DNA of 64,000 nucleotides from Candidatus Bathyarchaeota archaeon (GTDB lineage: Archaea; Thermoproteota; Bathyarchaeia; Bathyarchaeales; Bathycorpusculaceae): assembly GCA_963782525.1 (NCBI GenBank), contig CAWAKC010000009.1, forward strand, positions 96,001 to 160,000, in the 5' to 3' direction. Below the pieces are notes generated by a model. It ran no database searches. It worked only from the letters and a program-made list of their open reading frames with translations, and was not told the origin of the DNA. Positions 27,662 through 37,550 of this stretch are shown here, piece by piece (position 1 is the first letter of the stretch; every line of letters starts with the position of its first letter). A program made the translations under genes and the position numbers.

Positions 27662-28321
27662 TTAGCTCCTAACCTTAAACTTAACTAGCACTGCAACTGC
27701 GATGGTCGCAGCAACTACAGCGGCGGTTATGATAATAATCGAATGCTGAACATAGAAAGGACCGCTGGCAGTTGGGGAGCTGTAGTTAAAATGCGACACA
27801 GTAACATTTCCCTTAAGACCATTCAATACTACCGTATTGTCGGGCAAAAGTTTCCAGCCAATGCCATGGACAACGGCGCCCCCGTTAGGAACGGTTATGA
27901 GCCATTCACTCGGGTCAGTTGACTTCGTGGTGTTTAAACCGAGATTGATGGATTGTTTGCCTTGGCCGTCCGCGTTGTACTTTATGCTTGTTGTTCGTCC
28001 AAACTGATTGGTTGTTCTAAAAGAGTAAATTGTTATGTTGGAGTTTTCTGTGGAAAATTTCAGGGTTCCGTTTGATGGGTAATTGGCAAGTTCTAAATCA
28101 GTAAAAACCCAGGTGTTGTTCTGCAACGTTGCCGAAGTGCAGGAGCCGTTTAGGGCAAAATGGATTGATACATTGTTTTCTGGGATGCTGAATGTTTCGT
28201 TTGGAGTAATAGTTATGTTGGTTTGTGCTTGAGTGTTGGAATAGACTGGCAGAAAAATTAAGGCTATTGTGATAACGATTGCAAGTCCAGTTAGGACTGT
28301 TTTGCCTCTAGCTACCAACAT
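27662..28321 (-). CDS. Secreted beta-rich protein with C-terminal TM anchor
   Basis: Signal helix, many NxS/T sequons, terminal hydrophobic helix + K/R. Confidence 0.75.
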   Translation of the reverse strand: MLVARGKTVLTGLAIVITIALIFLPVYSNTQAQTNITITPNETFSIPENNVSIHFALNGSCTSATLQNNTWVFTDLELANYPSNGTLKFSTENSNITIYSFRTTNQFGRTTSIKYNADGQGKQSINLGLNTTKSTDPSEWLITVPNGGAVVHGIGWKLLPDNTVVLNGLKGNVTVSHFNYSSPTASGPFYVQHSIIIITAAVVAATIAVAVLVKFKVRS

Positions 28322-28389
28322 AAGTCCACTTTGGTTACCTCAAGGTGGTTGACTTTAGCTATAAGTCTTTTCAAGCTTTGCCCGGATGG

Positions 28390-29109
28390 TTAAATCTGAG
28401 CGTCGAAGCTATCTTTTTCTTCTTTTTTATTCTGTTCTTCGTCTGGTTTTTTGGGCTGTTCATTGGCAGTGGCAGCTGGGGCAGTGGTAGATGGTTTTGA
28501 TTTCCGTTTCTTCTGCACTACCATAACTATCAGAGCTAAAACAACGACCACAACGATTGCCGCTACTGCAAGGTAGATTATCAGAGTCAAGGGGGATGTT
28601 GAACTTGTTGTCTGTCCTCCGCCGCCTCCAGTTGGACTTGTGGTTATGGTAGGAGTGGTTCCAGTTGTGTTAGCTGGTAATACTTGAATGACTGCTGTTG
28701 TAGAGTTCCAGTAGAATTCGTTTTGGTTAGTGCTTTCCGTTCCGTCAACCCCGACGAAGTAAGTGTGTGTACCGACGCTTACGTTTGTGGGGACTTGGAC
28801 AGCGAATGGAGGTGTAGTGTAACTGCCGTTGGCGGCGAGAGTTACAGGATTACCGCTTAAGTTTGGACCAAAGAATAAACCGCTATCCATCCAGTCAAAA
28901 TTGACACCTACGTGCAATAACTGGATCTCTTCAGCTGTATTGCTGTCAACAGTAATTCTCACCATTATTGAGCTACCAATGTTCACAGAGTTTTTTGAAA
29001 GAACTGGAAAAGCTGAGATTGCCCCAGTGTCAAGGGCAGAAACTAAACTACCGCCAATCAAAAGAGCTACGATGAAAGAAATGATCAGCATGATTTTTAG
29101 TGTCTTCAC
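28390..29109 (-). CDS. Cell-surface protein (Ig-like domain, Thr/Gly linker, TM, charged tail)
   Basis: Signal peptide, TTGTTPTITTSPTGGGGG linker, TM then KKRKSK. Confidence 0.8.
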   Translation of the reverse strand: MKTLKIMLIISFIVALLIGGSLVSALDTGAISAFPVLSKNSVNIGSSIMVRITVDSNTAEEIQLLHVGVNFDWMDSGLFFGPNLSGNPVTLAANGSYTTPPFAVQVPTNVSVGTHTYFVGVDGTESTNQNEFYWNSTTAVIQVLPANTTGTTPTITTSPTGGGGGQTTSSTSPLTLIIYLAVAAIVVVVVLALIVMVVQKKRKSKPSTTAPAATANEQPKKPDEEQNKKEEKDSFDAQI

Positions 29110-29368
29110 TCTAATTCCTCTATCACGGGTTATTTTCCCTTCTAACTATATATTGGTTTTCCATATTCTCACCTATATAAGAAAGGATGCCGCCACTGCA
29201 ATTCACAGCAATCGCTATCAAGCGAAATCATTATTGTTTCTTCACTCTTATTCGCGGATACAAACAACAGAGTCAAAGCAAGACTCAAGGCAATTTACAT
29301 GCTAAAGCTCAGCTTGGCGATAGTCTTAAGTTAATGTAAACAGTTTTGGCTTTGGGAAACAACGTAAA

Positions 29369-29674
29369 ATGGACACTATAGGATACGCGAATTTAGCATT
29401 GGATTTAGCAAGTGTGATAAACTTTATCGCCCTTCTCCTGATGCTAAGAGCAGTAATAAAAAGCCGCAACGCCCTAAGAGGATACAGCATTTCAGGTTCA
29501 TTTTTAACTTTTGTCTCCATTGTTGGCTTCGAAATAGCATATTACCTTATAGGAAACATAGTTGGTTTCGCACTGGGATGGGCAACTGTAGCTTTCTGGT
29601 TCATAGCGTTCCTATACAGTCTTAGACAAAGATTGAAGGGAACCCCAAAACAGAAAGAAATGATTGAACCTTAG
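29369..29674 (+). CDS. Three-TM small membrane protein
   Basis: 101 aa, three hydrophobic segments. Confidence 0.65.
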   Translation: MDTIGYANLALDLASVINFIALLLMLRAVIKSRNALRGYSISGSFLTFVSIVGFEIAYYLIGNIVGFALGWATVAFWFIAFLYSLRQRLKGTPKQKEMIEP

Positions 29675-31338
29675 TTCGCTGGAAGCAGAATTGTGAATTT
29701 GGCGCCCTTTCCAACTGTGCTCTCAAAGCCAATGTTACCGCCATGCGCTTCTATAACCCGTTTGCACACAGCTAAACCGAAACCTTGTCCACGCGGTTTA
29801 GTGGTGAATAAGGGAGTAAAAATCTGGTTTTTAATTGCATCGGGAATCCCAACACCCGTATCATCCACTGTAATGGAGACTTTCCCGTTTGAATTAACCT
29901 GCCCAATCAACGTTAATGTGCCTCCATCCGGCATAGCCTGCACAGAGTTAGTTACCAAATTGATTAAAACCCGCTTCAGCAGTTGAAGATCAGCTTTAAT
30001 CTGTGGAAAATCATCACCGATTCGTGTTTGCACAACAATGTTTTTTGGAGCTACAATTGACGCCATAACGGCGTTCACGAGTTCTTTTAAGTTGATTGGC
30101 TTTTTGTCTATCTTAACGGGTTGCACGAACGCTTGTAGGTCAGAAACAATCTTGTTCATGTAAACCGCTTGCTCTTCAATTACTTGAATGCTCTCTTTGA
30201 GGTTGTTTTTGACTTCGCCATCGTCTAGCGAGTTAACTTCGTTTTTGGCTAAATACAATTCACCTGTAATGGTCTGCAGTGGATTACGAAGGTCATGCCC
30301 AACCATACCCGCGGTTTGACCAATAGCCACCAACCGTTCTGAATCTTTAAGCTGCTTAGTGCGTTCTTCGATAACTTTTTTAAGATAATCTGCGTGATCC
30401 TGAAGGTTTTTCTGCCGTTCTTTTTGTTCGGTGATATCCCGAACAATCGACCATACGCCTACGACTTTTCCTTTTTCGTCAGTTAACCGCCAAGTTCTAA
30501 CGGAAGCTGGAAATATTGATCCGTCTTTTCGTTTGTACTCTCTTTCAAAAACAATGGAGCGGCCGGTCTGTAGGACTTTTTTAACGATTTTTGCTCTTTC
30601 TTCAAGCCATTTTTCAGGAATAAGTTCTTGGGCACTCAAATTTTTGAGTTCTTTTTTTGAGTATCCCAACATCTTTGCATACGCAACGTTACAATCAATC
30701 ATGTTTCCCTGCGCATCGCGAGCCATAATTCCGTCCTGGGTTGTCTCGTACAGACGCCGATATTTCTTTTCGGAAAATGAAAGCTGCTGCTCAGATGTCT
30801 TCTGTTCTTCAAGCTCGTGAGCAGCTCGTTTTTTCTGCTCCGTTATATCCATGAACACTGAAACAAAAAATGTTTTTTTTGGGCTATAAATGTAGATTTG
30901 ATACCACTTATCTTTGGGAGCGCTGTAGAACTCAAAATACTCGGGCACACCTGTGGTGGCGACCCGCCCATAAATTCGTAACCAATCTATTGGGTCATCT
31001 TTTATTTTTGGATTGAACTCTATTGCTTTTTGTCCGATTCGTTCTCTTTTAAAAGAATGAATATTGTCATAGGCCTGATTGCTTTCAAGTAGAATGTAGT
31101 CAACGGGCTTGCCTTTTTTGTCGTAAACCATCTTATATATGGCAACAGCCTGCGGAAGATTGTCAAATAAGATTTTGAACTCGTGGTTCTTTATGCCCAG
31201 TTCTCCAAGAAAATTGTTGTTTATATCGACAAATTTTTTTATTTTAGTGGGAGTTTGTAAAGAATGGATTAATGGGGGCGTCTGCCTGTTTGCCTTTGAC
31301 TGGGCAACATCGATAGAATTCACTATCATTATCCCCAC
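29671..31338 (-). CDS. Cytoplasmic PAS-PAS sensor histidine kinase
   Basis: Two PAS/PAC ends (DITEQK), H-box GHDLRNPL, N-box NLVTNS, DTGVGI, PLFTTK, GFGLAV. Confidence 0.95.
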   Translation of the reverse strand: MGIMIVNSIDVAQSKANRQTPPLIHSLQTPTKIKKFVDINNNFLGELGIKNHEFKILFDNLPQAVAIYKMVYDKKGKPVDYILLESNQAYDNIHSFKRERIGQKAIEFNPKIKDDPIDWLRIYGRVATTGVPEYFEFYSAPKDKWYQIYIYSPKKTFFVSVFMDITEQKKRAAHELEEQKTSEQQLSFSEKKYRRLYETTQDGIMARDAQGNMIDCNVAYAKMLGYSKKELKNLSAQELIPEKWLEERAKIVKKVLQTGRSIVFEREYKRKDGSIFPASVRTWRLTDEKGKVVGVWSIVRDITEQKERQKNLQDHADYLKKVIEERTKQLKDSERLVAIGQTAGMVGHDLRNPLQTITGELYLAKNEVNSLDDGEVKNNLKESIQVIEEQAVYMNKIVSDLQAFVQPVKIDKKPINLKELVNAVMASIVAPKNIVVQTRIGDDFPQIKADLQLLKRVLINLVTNSVQAMPDGGTLTLIGQVNSNGKVSITVDDTGVGIPDAIKNQIFTPLFTTKPRGQGFGLAVCKRVIEAHGGNIGFESTVGKGAKFTILLPAN

Positions 31339-31423
31339 TAAGATATTAGGTTAAATACATAAAAGACTTTCCAAAGTCTTATTTATCAATAAACATCGAA
31401 CAAAGAATTAATTCAATTAAAAA

Positions 31424-32314
31424 TTATCTCGACTTTGAACTTAACCTAATTGAATAATTAAAAGTTTCATTGTTCGGTCGCATAGAATAACTCAACCCAG
31501 CCCAAGAAAATCTCTTCCTTGTGTGCTCCCAACCCCTAAAAAGCCTGACGCCTCCAGAGTTTCCTAAACAGAAAGAAACTTGTCCCCGGGACTCCTGCAG
31601 GGATGCCTGGTCAGCGGTAACTGTTTCCCAAGCACCTATCTTGTGGTCAAGAAAGCGTAAGCCATTTGAATCAACGTACTTGCGGAAGAAACTTGAGCCT
31701 TGCTCGTTTAAAACCAAGACTTCACTACATTTGTCTAAAACTATTTTTGAAAAATCCGCGCCGATATCGATAGATGTTGGTTGGTAGTGGTAGGTTATTG
31801 TCACTTTTCCGCGGGGTTTAACTTTTATAAATTCTGTTTTTATGTTTGCTAAATCCCTGAACTCCATAACTTTGTTGAAGAGCGGAGTTAATTTTTTGTG
31901 TTTCAGGTATAAGCTTTGGAAGGTTTTTCTCAACGATGAATATAGGGCGTCGTCGATGTAGGTTGCACTTCCGAACTTTTTGAGTGAAACTGTATCTAAG
32001 GTGAAAACTTTAGTTAGAATACTGTCATAGCCGTTTTCTTTAATCAACACTTCTGCTTTGCTGGAAAAAAACGTTTTATCCTCGTATTTAACTACAGGAA
32101 CCCCAAAGCCCATTCCTTCCTCAATCAACTCGTCCTCGTCAAGCAATAACACAAGCCCCTTTTGGAGGACTCCAGTTTCCAAAATGTTAGGGCGGCAGTC
32201 CTCGTATAGCCTGACAGATAAGCGATCAGTAAGTTTTTGGGTAAACATTCCCGTCGAATCCAAAGAATTTGGTAAGCTAACTGTTTGGAGCTGACTCAAA
32301 TATGAACCTCTCAA
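31424..32314 (-). CDS. Conserved hypothetical protein (beta-rich), divergent from the GT2 gene
   Basis: 296-aa ORF; EEGMGFGVPV and GWE...SWAGL segments look conserved but the family is not recognised. Confidence 0.65.
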   Translation of the reverse strand: MRGSYLSQLQTVSLPNSLDSTGMFTQKLTDRLSVRLYEDCRPNILETGVLQKGLVLLLDEDELIEEGMGFGVPVVKYEDKTFFSSKAEVLIKENGYDSILTKVFTLDTVSLKKFGSATYIDDALYSSLRKTFQSLYLKHKKLTPLFNKVMEFRDLANIKTEFIKVKPRGKVTITYHYQPTSIDIGADFSKIVLDKCSEVLVLNEQGSSFFRKYVDSNGLRFLDHKIGAWETVTADQASLQESRGQVSFCLGNSGGVRLFRGWEHTRKRFSWAGLSYSMRPNNETFNYSIRLSSKSR

Positions 32315-32429
32315 ATTGAAAGCAGAAAAGTACAGGTTAACTGTGCCACTTAATATTTAATAGATATAACTATTTAACATTGATCATTAATTAATCTGCA
32401 AAAAGCTTACAAATTAAAGTTAGGCATAG

Positions 32430-33638
32430 ATGGAGTTAAAAATTGTGTGGGAATGGGAATATTTATGGATAGTTTGGATATTCTCATCTGTTCTGTTTAT
32501 AAGATTCTACGTTTACATTGCCGCCTTCGGAAAAAAATTGATTTCTAAACCGCTGAAAGAAAAATTTGGTACCCCACGCCTAATTTTTCAAGTAACCACA
32601 AAAGGAAACATACTCATCGTCCAAAACACTGTTGACCGCATAAACTCCGTCTGCAAAGAAATCGGCTACGAAAAATATGAGCTCTGGGTAGTTACAGATG
32701 CACAGGAACAATTCCAGAATTGCCGAACAATCAGTGTTCCCCCAGAATTTTCATGCAACGCTCTCTACAAGGGACGGGCTCTCCAGTACGCTGTTGAGGT
32801 TCGACAAAAAGAAGGCAAAAATACCGAGGAAATATCCGTCTTTCATCTCGACGATGAAAGCTTAATTACAAAACAGACCCTCTGCAGTGTCCTTACCTAT
32901 TTGGAGGGCAACAACCCTAAACCGATAAGCGAAGGCTTAATCATTTATCCGCTGCGAGAAAAAGAAAAAATCAAATTTTCAAACCTAATGGACACCCTCA
33001 GACCATTCTGCTGCTTTGAATGCTTAGAGTTCATGAATACAGGTAAACCCGCATACATTCATGGATCAAACCTTCTTATACGCAGCGACATAGAGGAAAA
33101 AGTAGGTTGGCAAAACGGCAAAACCTTAGCTGAAGACACCCTCTTCGCCATCCAAGCTAAAAAGAAAATTGGAACCCAAGCATTCGGCTGGCACGGCGGG
33201 GTTGTAGAAGAGCAAAGTCCATTGAATTTTCCTGACTTGATGAAGCAGCGAAAAAGATGGTTCTGTGGGTTACTGCAAAACCTAAAGTACCTAACAAGAA
33301 TGGAAAAAGCTTCCCAAACTGGCAGAGCGATACTGTGGACATCTGGTTTTATCGCTGGCATTGCCTCGATTTTCGCTTGGATAGGACCCTATCTTAACAT
33401 GCCGTACCAAAATATACCGTTAGAGTTTAAAATTTTATTTACGATAACTAGCGTAATGTGGCTGCTTGCGTATCAAATTGGCGTTTTAATGAATGGTAAG
33501 TACTTGTCTTTGAAGAAAAGGGTAGAGTTTCATTTCATGACTCTGCTGTTTTCTATTCCAATCGGCTTAATCGAGTGTGCTGTTCCTTTAGTTTCGGTTA
33601 TTAATAAGCCCAAATCTTTTGAAGTTATTAAAAAATAA
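32430..33638 (+). CDS. Membrane GT2 glycosyltransferase (egghead-like beta-glycosyltransferase)
   Basis: KGRALQY, HLDDES, GSNLL, LAED, EQSP...QRKRW; C-terminal TMs, FEVIKK. Confidence 0.85.
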   Translation: MELKIVWEWEYLWIVWIFSSVLFIRFYVYIAAFGKKLISKPLKEKFGTPRLIFQVTTKGNILIVQNTVDRINSVCKEIGYEKYELWVVTDAQEQFQNCRTISVPPEFSCNALYKGRALQYAVEVRQKEGKNTEEISVFHLDDESLITKQTLCSVLTYLEGNNPKPISEGLIIYPLREKEKIKFSNLMDTLRPFCCFECLEFMNTGKPAYIHGSNLLIRSDIEEKVGWQNGKTLAEDTLFAIQAKKKIGTQAFGWHGGVVEEQSPLNFPDLMKQRKRWFCGLLQNLKYLTRMEKASQTGRAILWTSGFIAGIASIFAWIGPYLNMPYQNIPLEFKILFTITSVMWLLAYQIGVLMNGKYLSLKKRVEFHFMTLLFSIPIGLIECAVPLVSVINKPKSFEVIKK

Positions 33639-33644
33639 CTACCC

Positions 33645-35009
33645 CTAATTTTTTGATTTCGTTCCCAGCAATTTTAGAACTAAACGCCAAGCAAAAACCT
33701 GCCAAACCACAACAACTAGAAAACGTACAATTAGTCGCCATTCCCGAATGTTGTTTTCAATTGTAAGCGCCGTCGTTACAAGTGATTGTGGAGAAACAAG
33801 ATAGAAAAGCTGTGCAAAATTAGTGGTGAGAACCATGAAAACAAGGGGAATAACCCATAGAAAATGAAAGTCTCGAAAGCTTACCTTGGAAAAAGGAAAC
33901 GCCAAAAGAACTAAAGCAATAACTATGATGACGTAGGGTTCTGAGAGCCAGGAATATGTGAGGAAAAATATAAGCATTAAACCAATTGCTTTCTGAGTTA
34001 GTTCGTTGAAACTTTTAGGAGGGTCACGGTAAACCAGGTAATAACCTGCAAGTAAGGCAGGGATCCAAAGGTAACCTAAGAATTGTAGTCCTGCTGGGAG
34101 GGTCACAGTGTCTTGTAAAAGCTCCACTATACTGAAGGGGGTCATTCCGCCAGCCCTCATGAAAAAGGATGTCAACTGACCAGCCGATGAAGGCAAAACC
34201 CAGCCAAGCAGGTAGAAAGGCAAAATCCACAAACTGACAATAACTAATATGGCGATAATTGAATATTGAACTGTTTTTTTCCAGCTCTTTCCTTGGGAAA
34301 ATAAAATTGGCAAGCCAAGCAATGGAAAAGAAATCGGTTTCAAAACAACACTTAAAGAAAGCAGTACTGCACTAGTTTTAACCATGCCTTTGCTGAGGAA
34401 GTAAATGGAAGCCACACATAGGAGTGCGATTAGAGTGTCGAATTGTCCCCAAGCAGCGGTTGTTAGCAGAAGGAAAGGGTTGAAAAGCAAGAAAAACCAT
34501 GCGAACTTGATTTTTTCCTCGGATGCACCTTGCTGCCGCAGAATGTTCCTTACAGCAAGTGCTAAGCCTATGTTGGCTGCAATGACTGGAACTTTAACTG
34601 CAAAATTGTAGAGAAAAATGTTCGGCACAAAACCGTAGGTTAACCGGTAGATTGCTCCTAAAAGTAAAGGCCAAAGTGGCGGGTCTCCAATAATCGGGTT
34701 AATCCCGATCATGTGAGGCGAAAAAATCGTGATCATGTAATGTTGATAAGGATTTAACCCGGAACCTACTATGAACCCAGTATCCAGAAACGATGTTTGG
34801 TCATAAGCGTGTCCAAGAAAAACCGCCAACGGCACCTGCACCAAAACACTTAGAATAACCGCTACTAAATCGCGATGAAGTTTCAGCCAAAGTAAGCCGC
34901 TAACTCTCAAAACAAGCAACCAAAAGTAAAGTAAATAAAATGTCAGTAATAAAGAAAAAAAGCAAAATACTTGCAATAGAATGATGTTTTGCATCTTTTT
35001 TGGGCGCAA
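33645..35009 (-). CDS. GT-C fold membrane glycosyltransferase (GT87/PIG-M/ALG-like)
   Basis: GHAYD, PPLW, KVPVIAAN, FNPF.L...AAWGQFD, ~11 TMs. Confidence 0.75.
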   Translation of the reverse strand: MRPKKMQNIILLQVFCFFSLLLTFYLLYFWLLVLRVSGLLWLKLHRDLVAVILSVLVQVPLAVFLGHAYDQTSFLDTGFIVGSGLNPYQHYMITIFSPHMIGINPIIGDPPLWPLLLGAIYRLTYGFVPNIFLYNFAVKVPVIAANIGLALAVRNILRQQGASEEKIKFAWFFLLFNPFLLLTTAAWGQFDTLIALLCVASIYFLSKGMVKTSAVLLSLSVVLKPISFPLLGLPILFSQGKSWKKTVQYSIIAILVIVSLWILPFYLLGWVLPSSAGQLTSFFMRAGGMTPFSIVELLQDTVTLPAGLQFLGYLWIPALLAGYYLVYRDPPKSFNELTQKAIGLMLIFFLTYSWLSEPYVIIVIALVLLAFPFSKVSFRDFHFLWVIPLVFMVLTTNFAQLFYLVSPQSLVTTALTIENNIREWRLIVRFLVVVVWQVFAWRLVLKLLGTKSKN

Positions 35010-35080
35010 CTGGGTTTTTTCGAGTTTTGTTTTAGAAATAGTCTTATGGTTGTTTAGTTGATTGTATTTGCGAAGTTTAC

Positions 35081-36268
35081 ATGCCCACTAATTTGCCACC
35101 TGAGGCGATGGATAAATGGGAGCTTGTCGAAGCTGCCCACACGCCCAAAGAAAAAATGGATGCCATGATAGAGTTCCTAAAGTATGTTCCGCATCACAAA
35201 GGCACCATGAAACTGCGCGGTGAAATGAACCGCAAAATTGCGCTTATCCGAGATGATTTGGACAAAAAGAAGCGCCAGGGCACTGGCAAGAGCAGCGGGG
35301 GACCAAAACTTTTCATCGAGAAGGAAGGTTCAGCCCAGATAGCGTTGATAGGTATGACGAACGTGGGCAAAAGCGCCCTCATGACCGCTGTTACAAACTC
35401 TAAAGTGCAGGTTACCCCTACGCCATTTAGTACGCATGAGCCTATGCCGGGCATAATGAGTTACATGGATGTTCAGTTCCAGATTGTGGAAGCACCAGCA
35501 GTAATGGAGGGAGCAGCAGAGGGAAAAGCAGGCGGCAACGTTACACTTGGCTTAGCACGCAACGCCGACGGAGTAATTTTGATGGTAGATTTGGGCAGAG
35601 ACCCTGTTGAGCAGTTGGAGCTGATTTTGGATGAACTGGAGAAAACCCGAGTTTTAGTCTACAAACCCAGCGGAAAAGTCGATATTGACAGGCGGCACTC
35701 TGGCACGGCATTAAGAGTTATCCTCGTGGGCAAATTGATCGATTGCAGCATGAATCAAGTGGAACAATTGCTACGGGACTACAAAGTCCACGATGCCATC
35801 GTGCATATCAGTGGCCAGGTTACTCTGGAAGATGTAGAGAACGCAATTTATGAGAGCACCATTTACAAACCGGCAGTCATTGTAGCTAACAAGCTGGATT
35901 TAAAGGGGGCTCAAGCGAACCTTAGGCTTCTAAAGTCGTTTGTGAACGGAAAATTACCCATAGTTGCTATGTCTGCTCAGAATAAAGTGGGGCTTCAAGA
36001 ACTGGGAAAAAACCTGTTTGATGCTCTGGGACTTATTCGAGTCTACACCAAAGAACCCGGCAACAAAGTGCATGCCGACCGCCCCTTCGCACTTAAAAAA
36101 GGCGCCACCGTCAACGAGTTGGCAAAGAACATTCACAAGGAACTTTTAATGAATTTCATGTTTGCCATGGTTTGGGCGAAACGGTTACCCTTCAGTCCCA
36201 AGAAGGTCGGGATGAACTTTGTTTTAGACGACTGCGACATCGTGGAAATACACGCCAGAGTTATCTAA
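35081..36268 (+). CDS. DRG/OBG-family GTPase with TGS domain
   Basis: MPTNLPPEA, PHHKGT, GMTNVGKS, NKLD, IRVYTKEPG, DCDIVEIH. Confidence 0.93.
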   Translation: MPTNLPPEAMDKWELVEAAHTPKEKMDAMIEFLKYVPHHKGTMKLRGEMNRKIALIRDDLDKKKRQGTGKSSGGPKLFIEKEGSAQIALIGMTNVGKSALMTAVTNSKVQVTPTPFSTHEPMPGIMSYMDVQFQIVEAPAVMEGAAEGKAGGNVTLGLARNADGVILMVDLGRDPVEQLELILDELEKTRVLVYKPSGKVDIDRRHSGTALRVILVGKLIDCSMNQVEQLLRDYKVHDAIVHISGQVTLEDVENAIYESTIYKPAVIVANKLDLKGAQANLRLLKSFVNGKLPIVAMSAQNKVGLQELGKNLFDALGLIRVYTKEPGNKVHADRPFALKKGATVNELAKNIHKELLMNFMFAMVWAKRLPFSPKKVGMNFVLDDCDIVEIHARVI

Positions 36269-36319
36269 GGTTTAAAGTCAAAACTAAGGTTTTATTAGTT
36301 TCTAGAATATTTGCAGGTT

Positions 36320-36841
36320 TTATTCTATGATTTCTGCCTGTTTGAAACGGATAACGCGGGTTTTGCTTTTGTCTAAGATGACTTTTCCGCCTTCAACAGT
36401 GAGGTAAGAAGCGATTGTGCCAACGGTTGTCATGCCAGGAATAACCTTGACTGATTCGGGCAAAGCATTCCTTATTCCGCCAAAACCAGCCATACAACTT
36501 AACGTAATTACGGCATCTGAACCCTTGGCTGCATTGACGACTTTTTTTCGGTCGTTTTGGTTCAGCTGACAATAAGGCGAGGTTGGCAGACCGAAGAATT
36601 TTATGTTCACCGATTTTCCGGTTTTTTCCAGAAGTTCTTTGATGCGGTTTGCTTCGGCAGATGTTGTGAAACAGCTAAAACGTAGGCCACCCAACGAGGA
36701 GGTGCCAATGACGGATATGTCATTTTTGTAAGCGATGCTTTGGTTAGCACAGAAGCCACAGCCGAAAATAGTCACAGATTTAGCGTCCCCAACTTTGTTA
36801 AGCAGAAATGAATCAGTTGCAAGTTCAGAGTAACATCCCAA
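36320..36841 (-). CDS. Cys-rich protein resembling the N-terminal domain of MetV/MTHFR_C proteins
   Basis: VTIFGCGFC...PYC...SDAVITLSCMAG; lacks the C-terminal Cys cluster. Confidence 0.55.
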   Translation of the reverse strand: MGCYSELATDSFLLNKVGDAKSVTIFGCGFCANQSIAYKNDISVIGTSSLGGLRFSCFTTSAEANRIKELLEKTGKSVNIKFFGLPTSPYCQLNQNDRKKVVNAAKGSDAVITLSCMAGFGGIRNALPESVKVIPGMTTVGTIASYLTVEGGKVILDKSKTRVIRFKQAEIIE

Positions 36842-36950
36842 CAGAATTCACCACGTGCACTATTGATTTACCTTGTATTTAAGAATATTTAAAGCGGCAA
36901 ATTAGACTAAATGCTAACTTGACAAAAAATAAAAATGGAAAAGAGTTTGT

Positions 36951-37544
36951 TTATCTGCTGGATTGTGCAACGCGTTCGATTTCGTTGCGTTTAGCGATGG
37001 CAACGCTCTTGATGTCTTTGTTTGCTGCGAGGACAAGTTCATCAGCGAGGGTTTCTTGGATGCTGCGCGGGTTGTTCTTGCTTGAGGCGCGTGCACCTTC
37101 GGTGATGTGGCGTATAGCAAGGTCGATTCTGCGTTGGGGTGCAACGTCCACGGATAAGTGGTAGACGACTCCACCGTAGCTGACACGTGTGGTGTCTTCG
37201 CATGGAGAAGCGTTCTCGACTGCTTTCACGAGTAGTTCGATGGGGTTTTTGCCCGTGCGTATGTTGATAATTTCGAAGGTTTCTTTGACAATGTTTGTAG
37301 CTTTGGCTTTTTTGCCCGCGTTTTTGCCGCTACGCATTAAGCCGTTGATTAAGCGTTCAACGATGTTGACTTTGGATTTGCGGAAGCGTTGGTGTTCATG
37401 GCGTCCCATACTGTGGGGTGCAACCATTGGTGTTAAGTTGAGGTATCTTTGTAATCCAATGTCTACGACTGCAATATCTTTGAAACTCCATTTTTGGAAG
37501 AGCTTAATTTCTTGGGGTTGAGAAACTGAAGATATTTGTGACAT
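36951..37544 (-). CDS. rps7: 30S ribosomal protein S7 (uS7)
   Basis: IVERLIN.LMR, NPIELLVKAVENASP, SVDVAPQRRID, ERVAQSSR. Confidence 0.98.
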   Translation of the reverse strand: MSQISSVSQPQEIKLFQKWSFKDIAVVDIGLQRYLNLTPMVAPHSMGRHEHQRFRKSKVNIVERLINGLMRSGKNAGKKAKATNIVKETFEIINIRTGKNPIELLVKAVENASPCEDTTRVSYGGVVYHLSVDVAPQRRIDLAIRHITEGARASSKNNPRSIQETLADELVLAANKDIKSVAIAKRNEIERVAQSSR

Positions 37545-37550
37545 AAGCTA

